Assembly: GCF_026571515.1 (NCBI RefSeq)
Contig: NW_026865692.1
Location: 62,001 to 126,000 of the forward strand
Source of the DNA: Ruditapes philippinarum
Taxonomy: Eukaryota
Direction of reading: 5' to 3'
Length of the DNA stretch: 64,000 nt
Each line of letters opens with the position of its first letter. The stretch's first letter is position 1. The notes beneath the pieces were generated by a model, which saw nothing but the letters and a program-made list of their open reading frames with translations, ran no database searches and was not told where the DNA came from. A program made the position numbers and the translations under genes. Positions 40,653-52,639 of this stretch are shown here, in pieces.

Positions 40653-41805
40653 CACAGGAACTTGAAATTCTATCACTATTAACGATAATATGCAAAATAT
40701 ACCCCCTATACGAGGGTTGTCCCAAAAGTCCGTGACAAATTTTATAGCCGGTTCATTTTTAACGCCAATAGAAAATAATTCACACATATAACAGTTAAGT
40801 TTATTATTTAACATTACAACAAATCATTTACAAAAAATTTACTCTAGTTCCTTAGAAATTTTCAGTATTAACGACATTGGTTCGAGTTACCGGCGCACGT
40901 CAAATAATTTACATTTTGTTATGAATAGGCTGAAATTAATTACGTATATTTCAAATATCTGATAATGTGTCTGCACAATGTCACGTTGACTTAATTAGCT
41001 GCTATGTTAAAATAATCTCTGAAAATTTTAGTTAAATAACTTAAGAAACGAAAAAGATAGGAATAAATGAAAATATCTCATATAAAATAGGAAAGTTAAA
41101 ATGGCGCGGTTCGAAGAATTTGCGGCGCAGGAAACAGGTCACTCAGGTTTCATGACTATTTCGAGATGACACATGTTACGATTTTCATCAAATATACCAA
41201 ATAAGACAGTTTAGCAACATATCCTGAGCACTTGTGTACAAAAGGCATGAACGGAACCAGAGTTTTGCGCTACAAAAAGCGAAAATAAGGAAAACACGGA
41301 TAGGAAGACCGATCTTCGCCGCCTATTTCCTATAGCTAAAAACAGGTGTAACGAGACCGGAAGTTCGCGTATAGCAAAAATTAATGTATGCCATCCAAAC
41401 ATTCAACAGACATTAACAACCACATGATCTAAGTCAGAAAGTCAGAAATTGGTACCATTATTGCTTTGAAAGCCATTGAGAGTATTTGAGAAAGGCGCCT
41501 TATATAGATTTAACACGGTCTTTGACGTTGGACGTGCGCCGCAATTCAGTTAATTGCCATGGTGTTTATGGCATATTTTTGTTGTATGTTGATATTTTTC
41601 TATGAAAATTTGTGAAAATGTTTAAATTATATGGGTTTATAACATATTAAAATATCAAATTCGTACCTGTTTTATTTAGCTTTTAAACAATCTTGTCACA
41701 GAATATTGGGACAACCCTCGTATACTATAAAAAAATAGTATATAGGGGGTATATTTGGATATTATAATTAATATTGGTTATTTGATAGAATTTCAAGTTC
41801 CTGTG
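40653..41805. mobile_element. Small CACAGG-ended hairpin MITE (7-bp TSD) interrupted by a mariner-like element
   Basis: Arms cacaggaacttgaaattctatca...atataccccctata / tatagggggtatat...tgatagaatttcaagttcctgtg. TSD gatgagt at 40646-40652 and 41806-41812. Confidence 0.8.
40711..41720. mobile_element. 1.0-kb non-autonomous mariner-like element
   Basis: TA TSD; TIRs cgagggttgtcccaaaagtccgtgacaa / ttgtcacagaatattgggacaaccctcg. Confidence 0.82.
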
Positions 41806-42807
41806 GATGAGTCGAAAATACATGCAATTAAACAACTGGATTTTACAAACTTTTTAATGGTCTTATGCTCCACGAGTGGCACTAAGTCCTATGTGCTTGT
41901 ATTTAAAGAAATATTCCACATGTAGAGGTAATTCCTACCGGAAGTGTTCCGCGGCTTCCGTTTTACATTCATAGACATAGAGTGAAACGGGGAGCCACGC
42001 ACATGTTGCGGGAGAACACTTCCGATTTAGGAATTACCTTCTATTGTTGCTTAAGATACAGGCACCCAACGATATTACCATCCGGTGGAAAATTTTGACA
42101 CCGAGAACGAACATATCCACAATTTTCGTACTCGAGATGAAGTACTCGTCTTTTTCTGATCTTTCGTATTCAAGTATTGTATACAGATTATACAAGTTCT
42201 AGTAAGAACCATTGACCAATGTACATGTATATCTGTAACACAAGAAGTAAGGCTAACTACATATATTTCATTTTGAAAGATACTATATATATTTGCGTCG
42301 TGATTCTTGGAAAATCTTGAAACATTTAGTACTCTCGTGATCATCTGCTGTAAAACATTTAAACGTTATCAACGCATGTATTAAAATGATAAATATCTTT
42401 GCAAATTATAGATAAGAATTTAGAATATGGCAAGACCAGAGTATTATTGAGTATCATTATCGTGGACATTTATGCCTGAATCATCTTATTCCAACGCTAC
42501 ATTGTTTCTTCAGTTTGCCTGATAACAACAAGTACGCTTATGTTGACACAATTTAACAATTTAAAAACTATAAGTCAGTAAATATATTAAAGACACTTCC
42601 AGTTTACCTGTATCGAAACATCTGAAAGGCCTGTTGTAAACATTATCTTCTCTTGAACTTTGCCGTCCATTATGTCAAAGAGAACATTTGTCTCGTTTGG
42701 GTTACATACTTATACTTTCATTTTTTCTCCATAGATTGTGTGTTATCTGGATCGGATTCAATAACGGAAGTTAAATACATCCGGTAAAATCTAAACACAT
42801 CCGAATA

Positions 42808-43542
42808 AAACAAGAATTTGTAACAGAGTTACCAACGTCCCCCGCCTCGGGAAGTTTTATACGAAGCATAAAATTGTACTAGTTCAAAAGATTGAGGTAT
42901 GGATCTCAGGACATTCAGTCCAACTAGATCTGCAAATGCAACAATAAATTTGTACACAAAATCAAAATGAAACACGAAATTTAAAAATCTATCATGTTAA
43001 CCTTTAACCTCTAAGTGTGACCTTTACCTTGGAGGGTGTTGTGCATGACATAACGTCTTATCATTGAGACTATTTGTGCCAAGTATTTTCAAAATCCCTT
43101 GAACTATGAAAAAGTTATAGATTGGACACAAAGTATACCCTATAACAGACTATGTAAATCTTTGACCTTTAAGTGTGACCTTGACCTTGGAGGTAGGGAC
43201 ATTGATGTTACGCATGACATATCATCTAATCATTGTGACTTTTTGTGCCAAGTATTTTCAAAATCCCTTAATCTATGAAGAAGTAATGGACAATACACAA
43301 AATATACCAAATAACAGACTGTGTTTAGCTTTGACCTTTATGTGTGACCTTGACCTTGGAGGTAGGGGTACAGGTGTTGTACTTGACATATCGTCTTATT
43401 ATTGTGACTATTTGTGCCAAGTTATTTCAAAATCCTTTCATAAATGACAAAGTTATGGACCGGACACGAAAGTGTGACGGACGGACGGACAGAGCCTATT
43501 TCTATATCCCCCTTTTTTCTTCGAAAAGGCGGGGGACAATAA
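42808..43542 (+). mobile_element. Helentron/HINE-like non-autonomous element with internal tandem units
   Basis: Starts aaacaag. Contains ~165-bp tandem units with tgaccttgaccttg and tttgtgccaag, a (gacg)n microsatellite, and a 3' stem-loop tcccccttttt...aaaaggcggggga followed by aataa. Confidence 0.7.
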
Positions 43543-44179
43543 CGATCGTGATCGTTCCCCGCTTAAAACAAAACTATGGAACGCCTCAGCTGTCATTACT
43601 ACATAATTTCAATCAGTGACCACCTTAATTATTTTTTGTTTCACAGGTCTTCCATTATGAACCAATTCAACTTAATTACCATAAAAATGGTGATTTTCAT
43701 GCTACCCAGTGAGAGACAACTCGGCAAAATCTGCCATTAAAGAGAAAAATTGTGTAAAATGTTACAAATTTTTATTCATCTTCTTCACTGAACACAACAA
43801 AATTAATCTCGTTCAAACTTTATGCCACGAATAACATGAGATATTGCCAAGATAACATTTAGGTCTGTAACCTTATAACACAACCCTAATATACATGTAT
43901 GACATCATATTTCGTGTAACAGACTTACGACATTACATTAAATCATATATTACATTTTTGACAAATACTTCATCGAATTTTGCGGAAAAGACGTTGAATA
44001 TTACATTTTATCTCGTTCATTATATTTATGGCAAAACATCCTAAATTTCACATTTACAACATTGAACATTTTGTGGACAAGACGCCGACTTTACTTTTTA
44101 TTAGTGCATTACATTCACGGCAAATACTACCTAAATTACATTTACTATAGTACCTCAAACATGACACAAAATATGTCCG

Positions 44180-44557
44180 ATATTACATTTCACTCGTACC
44201 TTACATTTCACTTGTTCGTTACATTTAACTTCATTCCATTTCACTTGTTCGTTACATTTAACTTAATTCCATTTCACGTGTTCGTTACATTTAACTTCAT
44301 TCCATTTTAAATGTTAATTACATTTAACTTCGATACATTTCACTTGTTCATTACATTCAACTCGTTCATTGCATTTAACTTCGTTACATTTCACTTGTTT
44401 GTTTCATTTAACTTTATTACATTTAACTCGTTCATTGCATTTAACTTCGTTACATTTCACGTGTTTGTTTCATTTAACTTTATTACATTTCACTTGTTCA
44501 TTTCATTTAACTTCATTACTTTTAAATTCATTACATTTAACTCGTTCATTACATTTA
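44180..44557. repeat. Tandem repeat (acatttcacttgttcgttacatttaacttcatt-like) just 3' of the NLR-like stop codon
   Basis: Read directly. It explains the F/T/H-rich ORFs at 44062-44643. Confidence 0.85.
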
Positions 44558-44595
44558 AGACAAAACGTCCTGAATTTCACATTTACAATAAAGTG

Positions 44596-47500
44596 TCACT
44601 TCTGAAGTATTGTTCGAAATGCAAATGCATCATCATGACCTGAACATCTCAGGTTTGAAATAACTGTAAACTTTCCCGTAGAGAGCTCTATCATTTGTCT
44701 AAGGTCTTCAAAGCTGACACTTCCATCACCGGTTCCTTGCTTAACATCACACGATGCGATCTCCATAGTTACACAATGTTTGTATGTTCCTAGCTCGTCG
44801 ATCAGTTTCTTCAGTGCCCGACTTTCCAGCGAAATTTCAATAAGTCGTATATGTTTAACAGTGCGCCGTGTTGTTAAAGTCAACTCTTTGTCTCGAAGGT
44901 CCATTCCTTTTAATTGTAGGTGACAGAGATTGTATAAACGAGGCAATGTGTCTAGAATCTGATCAACTGTATCTTTCGAGTTAATAAACTCGACTACAAA
45001 GGTGTGTAGATTTGCCGCTGAGGTGATATAACTTGTTAAGAAAGAAGACAAAATAGGTTCATTATGGTCTGCCCAGAATTCCTCTAAAGCTGACGAGTTG
45101 ACCTTCACCCCTGAAGCAAACATGTCCCCAAGCCCGATGATCTTGAGGTTCTTGTGCCCTGAAAGATCAAACACGAACTGCCCGGACATACAGTCATCAT
45201 CAACGTGGTCAGCGCATTTGACACGCGCAATTTTAATCTGAGTCATCTCTTTATTCTGTTCCAACCAGTTGAAAAGCTTTGTAATTAGGTCGTGCTTCAA
45301 AGTAATACAAAACATGTCAATACATCTAATATTCCTCAATGATTGTAACATATTCAAACTTGTTTCAGAAATTTCAATGTACTTTTCATCATTATTCATT
45401 CCTCCATGAATAAGTAAACATTTCAGGGTTTTCAGAGATGCCGCTAGAAGGACCTCAACATCTTCTTTACTCGGATGACCCCACAGTTCTAGTTTTTGTA
45501 GCGAATTCATATCACGCATTTCAAGGTATTCCACTAATTCATGTACTTTTGCTTGTGCTAGCTTTCCTCCGAATTTTACAGACTTAACATTTTTGGTTTC
45601 TGTCAGGTCACATAATGCATTGACATATTTATTTTCCACATCGTTATCGAAATTCAGCAAAACATCTTCCAGCTGATAATGAGGCTCAAAGCCATTGTCA
45701 CGACATTCATTCACGCAGGCAACCATCATATTCTGAAAGTTTTCTTTCAATTCACATATCTCCCAGTAGTCAACAAACGAGTACGTGTTGTTCCGTAGCC
45801 TCTCCGTCAGGGCGTCGTTTGAAAGTGTGGCAACTATACTGTTCAAAACTTTACTGCTCACAGTAGGGTTAAGTCCACAGAGGAATACAAGGAAATTTGA
45901 ATTGGGTAACACAGAATTCAAATCTGGGCATCCTTTAACCACGACGTCAGCCGCATCATCTTGCTCCGTATGTGCTAGGTGTACAGCAGCGAAAAACTCG
46001 TGAAACGTTTTATGAATAAAGAACACACGAGTGTCACGAGCTGTGAGGCTTCTTTGACCTTTGACTTGCGTCAGGATCCCTGCTTTCAACCAAAACTCTA
46101 AGCACTCCGCCGACATTGCTTTCTTTGTCAGCTTTTCAGAAAAAACAAACTTATTTTCGATATCTTGGTTGAAGAGCGTAATGAAAGCTAAGTGAGATAT
46201 GTCTTCTATAAAAGGTGCATATCTACAGCAATACTCGTTGTCTTTGAAACATTCCGGCAGTTGTTTTATCGTGTTTCGTGACGCTGGTATCGGCTGCTTG
46301 GTCAGAAATTTCTGCAGCAAAAGTTCTACTATGTTACAATATAAACCACATCGGGAATCACCCATAGGTTTCTCGTCCAACCATAGGCACATCAAGTACA
46401 ACAGCAACATTGGACTATTCTCAAAGCCAGTGATGTTTCTTTTATTCACCGCCTCGTCAAAACCTTTCAGCTGTAACTCAGATTCACTTTCAGCTTCTTC
46501 ACCAAAACTGGCTTTCAATAAATTAGACATCAGCTTTTGTTTACCAGCAAAGTCGATCCCTTTCATTTCTAGTTGCTGGTCTATTTTGCTTTGCCGTATC
46601 CTTGCAACAGTGAATTTCCAAGGCCGAGTTGTAGTGAAAAATGCGCAGTTTTGTCTTGGTTTTCTAAATGGAATATGTTCCTTTGGGTGTGACCATTCAT
46701 CGAGGCCATCCAACACAATGAGGCAATTCTCTTGTGTTAACACTTTCTCTATAAATTCTCTTCTGTAGCTAGAAGCACGTGCAAGGTTTCTAATAATCTG
46801 TTGTTGTACAATATCATCAACGTCAAGAAGTACAGGGTCCGCTTCTTTCAGGGAAATGTAAAACACAAAATCAAACTCTTTCATAATGTCCTCCTCGTCC
46901 TGAGTAAAGTGACATTCCTTTTGCTCCGTTTCGTTTGCTTGGCACCATATTAAAGCCAGACGTTTTCCAAACACGGTTTTCCCAAGGCCAGCGTCCGCAC
47001 ACAGGTAAATCTCGCGATAACGTTCATTTTGTCCATAAAATATGTCCTTAGCTGACGGTAAAGAAGAAGCGCCTTGGTCAGAATTTCCTTTTTTGTCACC
47101 AGATTTCGCGATGGTTACTGTGGGTGGAACATAGAATTCTAGCAATGGACTGTCAATCTCCTCAAGCACTGGAGAGATAGATGTTGTGCCGTGTTGATCT
47201 TTGATATACTGGATGATGTCATGTTTTAGATCTTAAAATAGATTACAATGCAAATTTAAACTCAGCATCTCGTTAGTCTGTCAATCAATAAATATTGGAT
47301 TTCATGAGGTTAAAACTGTGGTTACTGTTAACAAATAATCTTTTTAAAATTAAGTGTTTTTAATGACAGCACTTGATGGTGTTTGATGATGTATATTTCT
47401 CTTTTATCAAAGGCAATAGATATGGTCTTTACAAATACACTTCTTCCGATAAAATTATGCGCATATTCTCAATTACAGTGTTCAAAATTACCAACAGCCG

Positions 47501-50500
47501 GCAACCAAACTTTTGTTTGTTTGTTTGTTTCATTTTACGCCTTTTCCCAACAGTATTTCAGTCATATAGGCGGGTAGTTTCCTAACCGTCGTTCCTGGAG
47601 AGTTACACCAGTACTAGACTACCTTCCTCCGTGCTAAACTACCAAAGCATCTCCCGGGGATCGAACCCACGCCAGAGAGGTAACTGGATTAGAAGTCATC
47701 GACTCTAACCCCTCCACCACGGAGGCGGTTGCCAACCAAACTAAGACTCTTTCTTGTGTATTTGACTTATGTATTTTGTATAATTTTAAATATCTCACCT
47801 TTCACTAAAGCATTATATTGATTTTGCAGACACTGGTTGACATCTCCCTCTGTGATAGTGATGGAATCATCCTTCAACTATAAAAGAATTACGTCTATGT
47901 TTAACAAATATTAGTAGAACTGTCGATCTTTCTAGGATCCAACAATCGCATCTTCTCGGTTATTTCCGTCAATTTTCCGCATACCGCATACCAGAGATTT
48001 TTGATCGACATAAACAGAACCAATCGGAACATCGGCTATTATTCCTTTAAAGCTGCACGCCTCCAAATGAGCAAATATCAAGTGCGAGATATTTCAATTC
48101 ATTATTTTCATAATTCATGTTTTTTTCTATGAGTGAGTTTCAATGAAAACCATACTTTTATTCAAATAATATGGCGGCTTTAATGGCCATAAAATACCTA
48201 AGATTCTTATATCATTTTGGAAACGTGTCATTTCCTTAGTAGAACTGTCGATCTTTCTAGGATCAAACAATCGCAATTTCTCGGTTATTTCCGTCAATTT
48301 TCAGATAAGAATTATTATTAGTAATAGCCGAGATGTTCCGATTGGTGATCCAACTGACTTGGAGCGGTTCGAACAAACAGCGGCGAGGGTCAAAAGATTC
48401 AGTCAATGACCGTTACCGCTCTGCCAAGGAGTCATACTGTTTTGTATAGATACATATGTATGTAACTTACTGTGATTATTTTCTGGAAAAATTGCGTTAA
48501 AAATTGCGACGGCAAATGCCGATTAATTTTATGTTTTTTTTTTTCCAGAAGTAAGGAAATGCCACTAACCATGTCTAATTTCAATCGAGCGTCCAACGAC
48601 TGAGAACTGTTTTTGAAATCTTGGCTGCATTGTAGAAGTTGTTGTAGTGCGCAGACGACATCTTCTAGTTGCTGGTCGGTTAGAGATAGCTCGCCATTAT
48701 GTCTCACACTATTTACAGTACTTCGTGCCTGTAACATACATGTACAAATATTTTTTTTCAAGTAAATTTTGAGAAATTTTATTTTGAAAATCATAAATAG
48801 ACGTTTGTTATAGGTGATACATTGAGAAATGGGTAGGCTGACTTTGGCTGTGTGTTTAACTTGTTGGGATGTAAAACACAAAATTGAAACGAGACAACAT
48901 ACAATCTGACGCCATTTTGATTTAAAATTCTTATTCTTAGATTAGAATTACTGATATAACAGTTTTCAAAATGAAATAATTTACAATCCCCTATCATTAT
49001 CAACTAAACATAGCTATCTATAATACTAAATTGGTGATGAGATTTGATTGTTTGATTCACGCATACCGGAACTAGCATACGGATTTGACATATGAGTCGC
49101 GTCACGACAAAACCAACATAGTGCGTTTGCGACCAGCATGGATCCAGACCAGCCTGCGCATCCGCGCAGTCTGATCAGGATCCATGCTGTGCGCTTACAA
49201 ACCCTATAACAAGTGAAACTGATAGCGAACAGCATGGATCCTGATCTCGTGTTTTCGCCCCGCGACCTCGCCAAGCGAAAAGTCGAGAATTAACAAGTTT
49301 AAATGGCGGGGTCGCGGATCGAAAACACGCTAATTAGCATAAATGAAACTTTTGCCTATATAATACAATATATTTACAATTTAATATTTAACAAATAAAA
49401 CTTCGCCCCGCGAGGGCGCGGAGCGATAATTTAGAAATAAAACGGAGGGGGCGCGGGGCGAAATTTAATGAAATAAAACTTCGCCCCGCGCCCCCGCTAA
49501 TTAGCGTGTTTCGTCCCGCGATCCCGCCAAGCGAAAAGTCGAGAATTACCAAATTAAAATGGCGGGGGCGCGGGGTGAAAACACGAATGGCACAAATCAG
49601 CCACCATAGCACAGTGGGTAACATAGTTAATTTAAACTTCTCATCCGAATGCGTGACGTGATAACCTTAAACTTATTTTCCCACCCGGAACGGTTGCGTT
49701 AAGAAATTTTATTTCTATGCTTACTCATTCATGCTAAGATAATAACTATCTAACATCATATATGCAGAATATAACTTCAATACGACGGTATGTCCTGTTT
49801 TGACAATGCATTCATGCATACTTAACATGAATTACTTAACATGAATTCAAATGATAAGTGCCTTTCAGAAGTTTGGGCAAGTAATATGATTTTATGCCAC
49901 TTGCCCCTCACCTCTGTTAGTTCAAATCCCGCCGAGGACTTTAGAGTCTTTCATGTGCGGAAGCTATCCATATAGCTTACGGAACATCAGAAGTTCTACA
50001 CAGGTGCCCGCTCGTGCCTGAAATAATGCACGGAGGGGCACCTAAGGTCTTCCTTCATCAGTAAAGCTGGAAAGTCGCCATGTGACCGCTGCTGTGTTAA
50101 ACCAAACAAAAAAGTTGATTTCATATGCAATTTACCATTAAAAGATTAGGTTCATATTTCCCTAAATAATCAGCTCATGCAATTATTTGGGATCTGTGTG
50201 AAAACAGTAACTTGTGTAATAACAGTTATCTGTGTAATAATAGTAATAATGTGTAATAACAGTAATATGTGCAATGACAGTAATTTGTGTAATAACAGTA
50301 ATCTTTGTAATAACAGTAATCTGTGTAATAACAGTAATTTGTGTAATAACAGTAATATGTGTAATTTGTGTAATAACAGTCATATGTGCACTTACATTAA
50401 TTTGTGTAATAACAGCAATCTGTGTAATAACAGTTATCTGTGGAATAACAGTTATCTGTGTAATATTTATAACAGTAATAATGTGTAATAACAGTTATCT

Positions 50501-51461
50501 GTGTAAAAACAGTAATATGTGTAATAACAGTTATCTGTGTAATAACAGTCATCTGTGTAATAACAGTTATCTGTGTAATATTTATAACCGTAATAATGTG
50601 TAATAACAGTTATCTCTGTAATTACAGTTATATGTGTAATAACAGTAATTTGTGTTATAACAATAATCTGTGTAATAACACTTACAGTAATCTGAGTAAT
50701 AACAGTAATTTGTTGAATAACAGTTATCTGTGTAATAACAGTAATCTGTGTAATAACAGTAATATGTGCAATTACAGTAATTTGTTTAATAACAGTAATC
50801 TGTATAATAACAGTAATCTGTGTAATAACAGTAATCTGTGTAATAACAGTAATCTGAGTAATAACAGTAATTTGTGCAATTACAGTAATCTGTGTGCTGA
50901 TAGTAATCTGTGTTATAACAGAAATCTGAGTAATAACAGTAATTTGTGCAAAAATAGTTATAATGAGTAATAACAGTAATAAAGTGTAATAAAAGTAATC
51001 TGTGTAATAACATAATTACAGTTATTATGTGGAAAGTAAGTATGCGACCAAAGTTTGTGTGATACCACACCATGTTTTCATGAAATTTTGCACAGACATT
51101 ATAAAGCTATGTTTCAAATCTTATGACATTGAACCGTCATGAAGCGATGCAATTTTTGCACGTCATCTATATAAGACAAAGATACATGTATGACTCAAAC
51201 AACTTAATGTATAGTAAATCAAGAGATGTATGGTGAAAATGGTATTTATCCAAAACATATATGGTTCGAAATCATGTAACTTTCAGCAAATTTTATTATG
51301 GATACTGTATGTCAACACAATGAGATAAATGTTTGATTCCAGTATCATGAAAATGGCTGACAAGCAGTTCAAGAGATATTTGACGAACAGGAAATTCATC
51401 CAAAAATAATCTCTCCGAAAACGTGCAACTTTAGGGCAATTTAAATTCCAGTGTCTCTAAG

Positions 51462-51498
<37 letters not shown>

Positions 51499-52639
51499 TT
51501 TTATTATGTTTTGCACTGATGAAGGCATATAGCCGAAACGTTTGCAATTAAATTAAATTACTAAATGTTCGTGTTTGTGTGGCGTGTCTGATTATTTTAG
51601 TGTCTCTAAGAGAAGATCAGTTTACGTATTTTTATCTATTTGACTCCAGTACATGTGTAATGACACTAACGCGCACGTGATACACACTGCAAACATGGCC
51701 TTTATTCAAAAACATGTATTATAAATACACTATACAAATCGTACTAACTTTCAGGCAGTATCTCAGTTTGTTTTTTTTTAAACTAGAACTCTGCTAGTCG
51801 GATGTGTCGCCTTGTGAACAATAAAGTTTAAGAGAAATGGCCAGGACAAAAATGGAATATGAAAATTAACAAAGGGCAATAACTCAAAAATTAAGAAATG
51901 CAGAGTACCGGTTCTTGTGCACTGCACTTCGGGTCATTACAAGAAGCATGCATACCAAGTTTGAAGTCAATCCGACTTATAATGACTGACTTATGCTCCG
52001 GACAAGCTTAGGGGAACGCTGACAACGACGCCGACGACAAAAGTAACCCCTAAATGTCGCCTTTTTCAAGGCGACACAAAATTGTGACCATAATGAATTA
52101 CTTACATTTTCACAGACGCAGATGTCTACGTCTCTCTTAAAATCCAAATGATTCATCAATATGTTGACGACGCCATTAAAATCGGTGTCATCAAACGATT
52201 TCTTGTCAAGATAACCGTCAGGTGGCATAAAGCATTTAGCATATTCCCAGTACGAGTTACACCAATATTCTGCATGTGTATTCTTCCATGACGGTTTTCT
52301 ATATACATGACTGTCGCATATTTTCTGTCTGATCTGATCACAGATTCCGCTTCGACATGGGCGTGGCTGGTATTGTTTATGGAATGGACAAGTCTTAGAG
52401 ACGTAATTACAGGACAATCTCGAGCACGGGACAACGCTCAATGTAACACAGCCGAAACAGTATATATTATTGCGCTTTTGTTCTTCTGACCGAACCTCAT
52501 CTAAAACTGTACGGTGAATGGTTTCCAGCTTATTGCAGACGACATCTTGCATTCCCGCTTTAGTGACAGATATCGCGAGGCTAGCTTTGATCCAGTTACA
52601 GAATCCCTTATCACCAAGTTTAGATTTATAGTCAGACAT
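44596..52639 (-). CDS. NLR-like protein: CXorf38/DUF4559-like (HEPN-related) N-terminus + NACHT NTPase + winged helix + degenerate LRR-like C-terminus, ~1135 aa
   Basis: Exons 52639-52106, 48728-48570, 47877-47799 and 47231-44596 (phases 0,0,1; total 3408 nt, open). Motifs: NWIKASLAI, W.N....W....WEYAKCFMP.DG, D..G...ILMN, VNSVRH; Walker A ADAGLGKT; Walker B CLIVLDGLDEW; sensor-1 TTTRP; winged helix FIHKTFHEFFAA; Leu-periodic C-terminus (LQKLEL, LKTLKCLLI, LYNLCHLQL). Confidence 0.88.
47512..47732 (-). mobile_element. tRNA-derived SINE (family C) with 10-bp TSD, in NLR intron 3
   Basis: Near-identical to 19539-19754. TSD caaccaaact at 47502-47511 and 47733-47742. Confidence 0.87.
49094..49246. 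mobile_element. Palindromic MITE family A, copy 8, truncated and fused to a GC-rich MITE half (~49247-49607)
   Basis: Left arm intact. The sequence switches abruptly after ggatcctgatc and ends aaatcagccaccata. Confidence 0.8.
49897..50110 (+). mobile_element. tRNA-derived SINE (family A), 5'-truncated
   Basis: ccacttgcccctcacc...ggaagctatccatatagcttacggaac...caggtgcccgctcgtgcctgaaataatgcacggaggggcacc. Confidence 0.82.
50205..51010. repeat. 18-bp minisatellite (aataacagtaatctgtgt), ~40 copies, in NLR intron
   Basis: Read directly. It produces the spurious NNSNLC / VITVIC ORFs. Confidence 0.92.
51781..52080 (+). mobile_element. Short Helentron/HINE-like element
   Basis: aactag start, aagggcaataactc core, gacgccgacgac microsatellite, 3' hairpin tgtcgcctt...aaggcgaca then aaa. 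Confidence 0.65.

Noticed and set aside
45785-46768. Plus-strand ORFs of 72 and 189 aa
   Set aside because: Antisense shadows of the NACHT exon.
50177-51073. ORFs of NNSNLC / VITVIC repeats that look like antifreeze or Cys-rich proteins
   Set aside because: They are translations of an 18-bp minisatellite inside an NLR intron, open in several frames, with no supporting splice or signal features.
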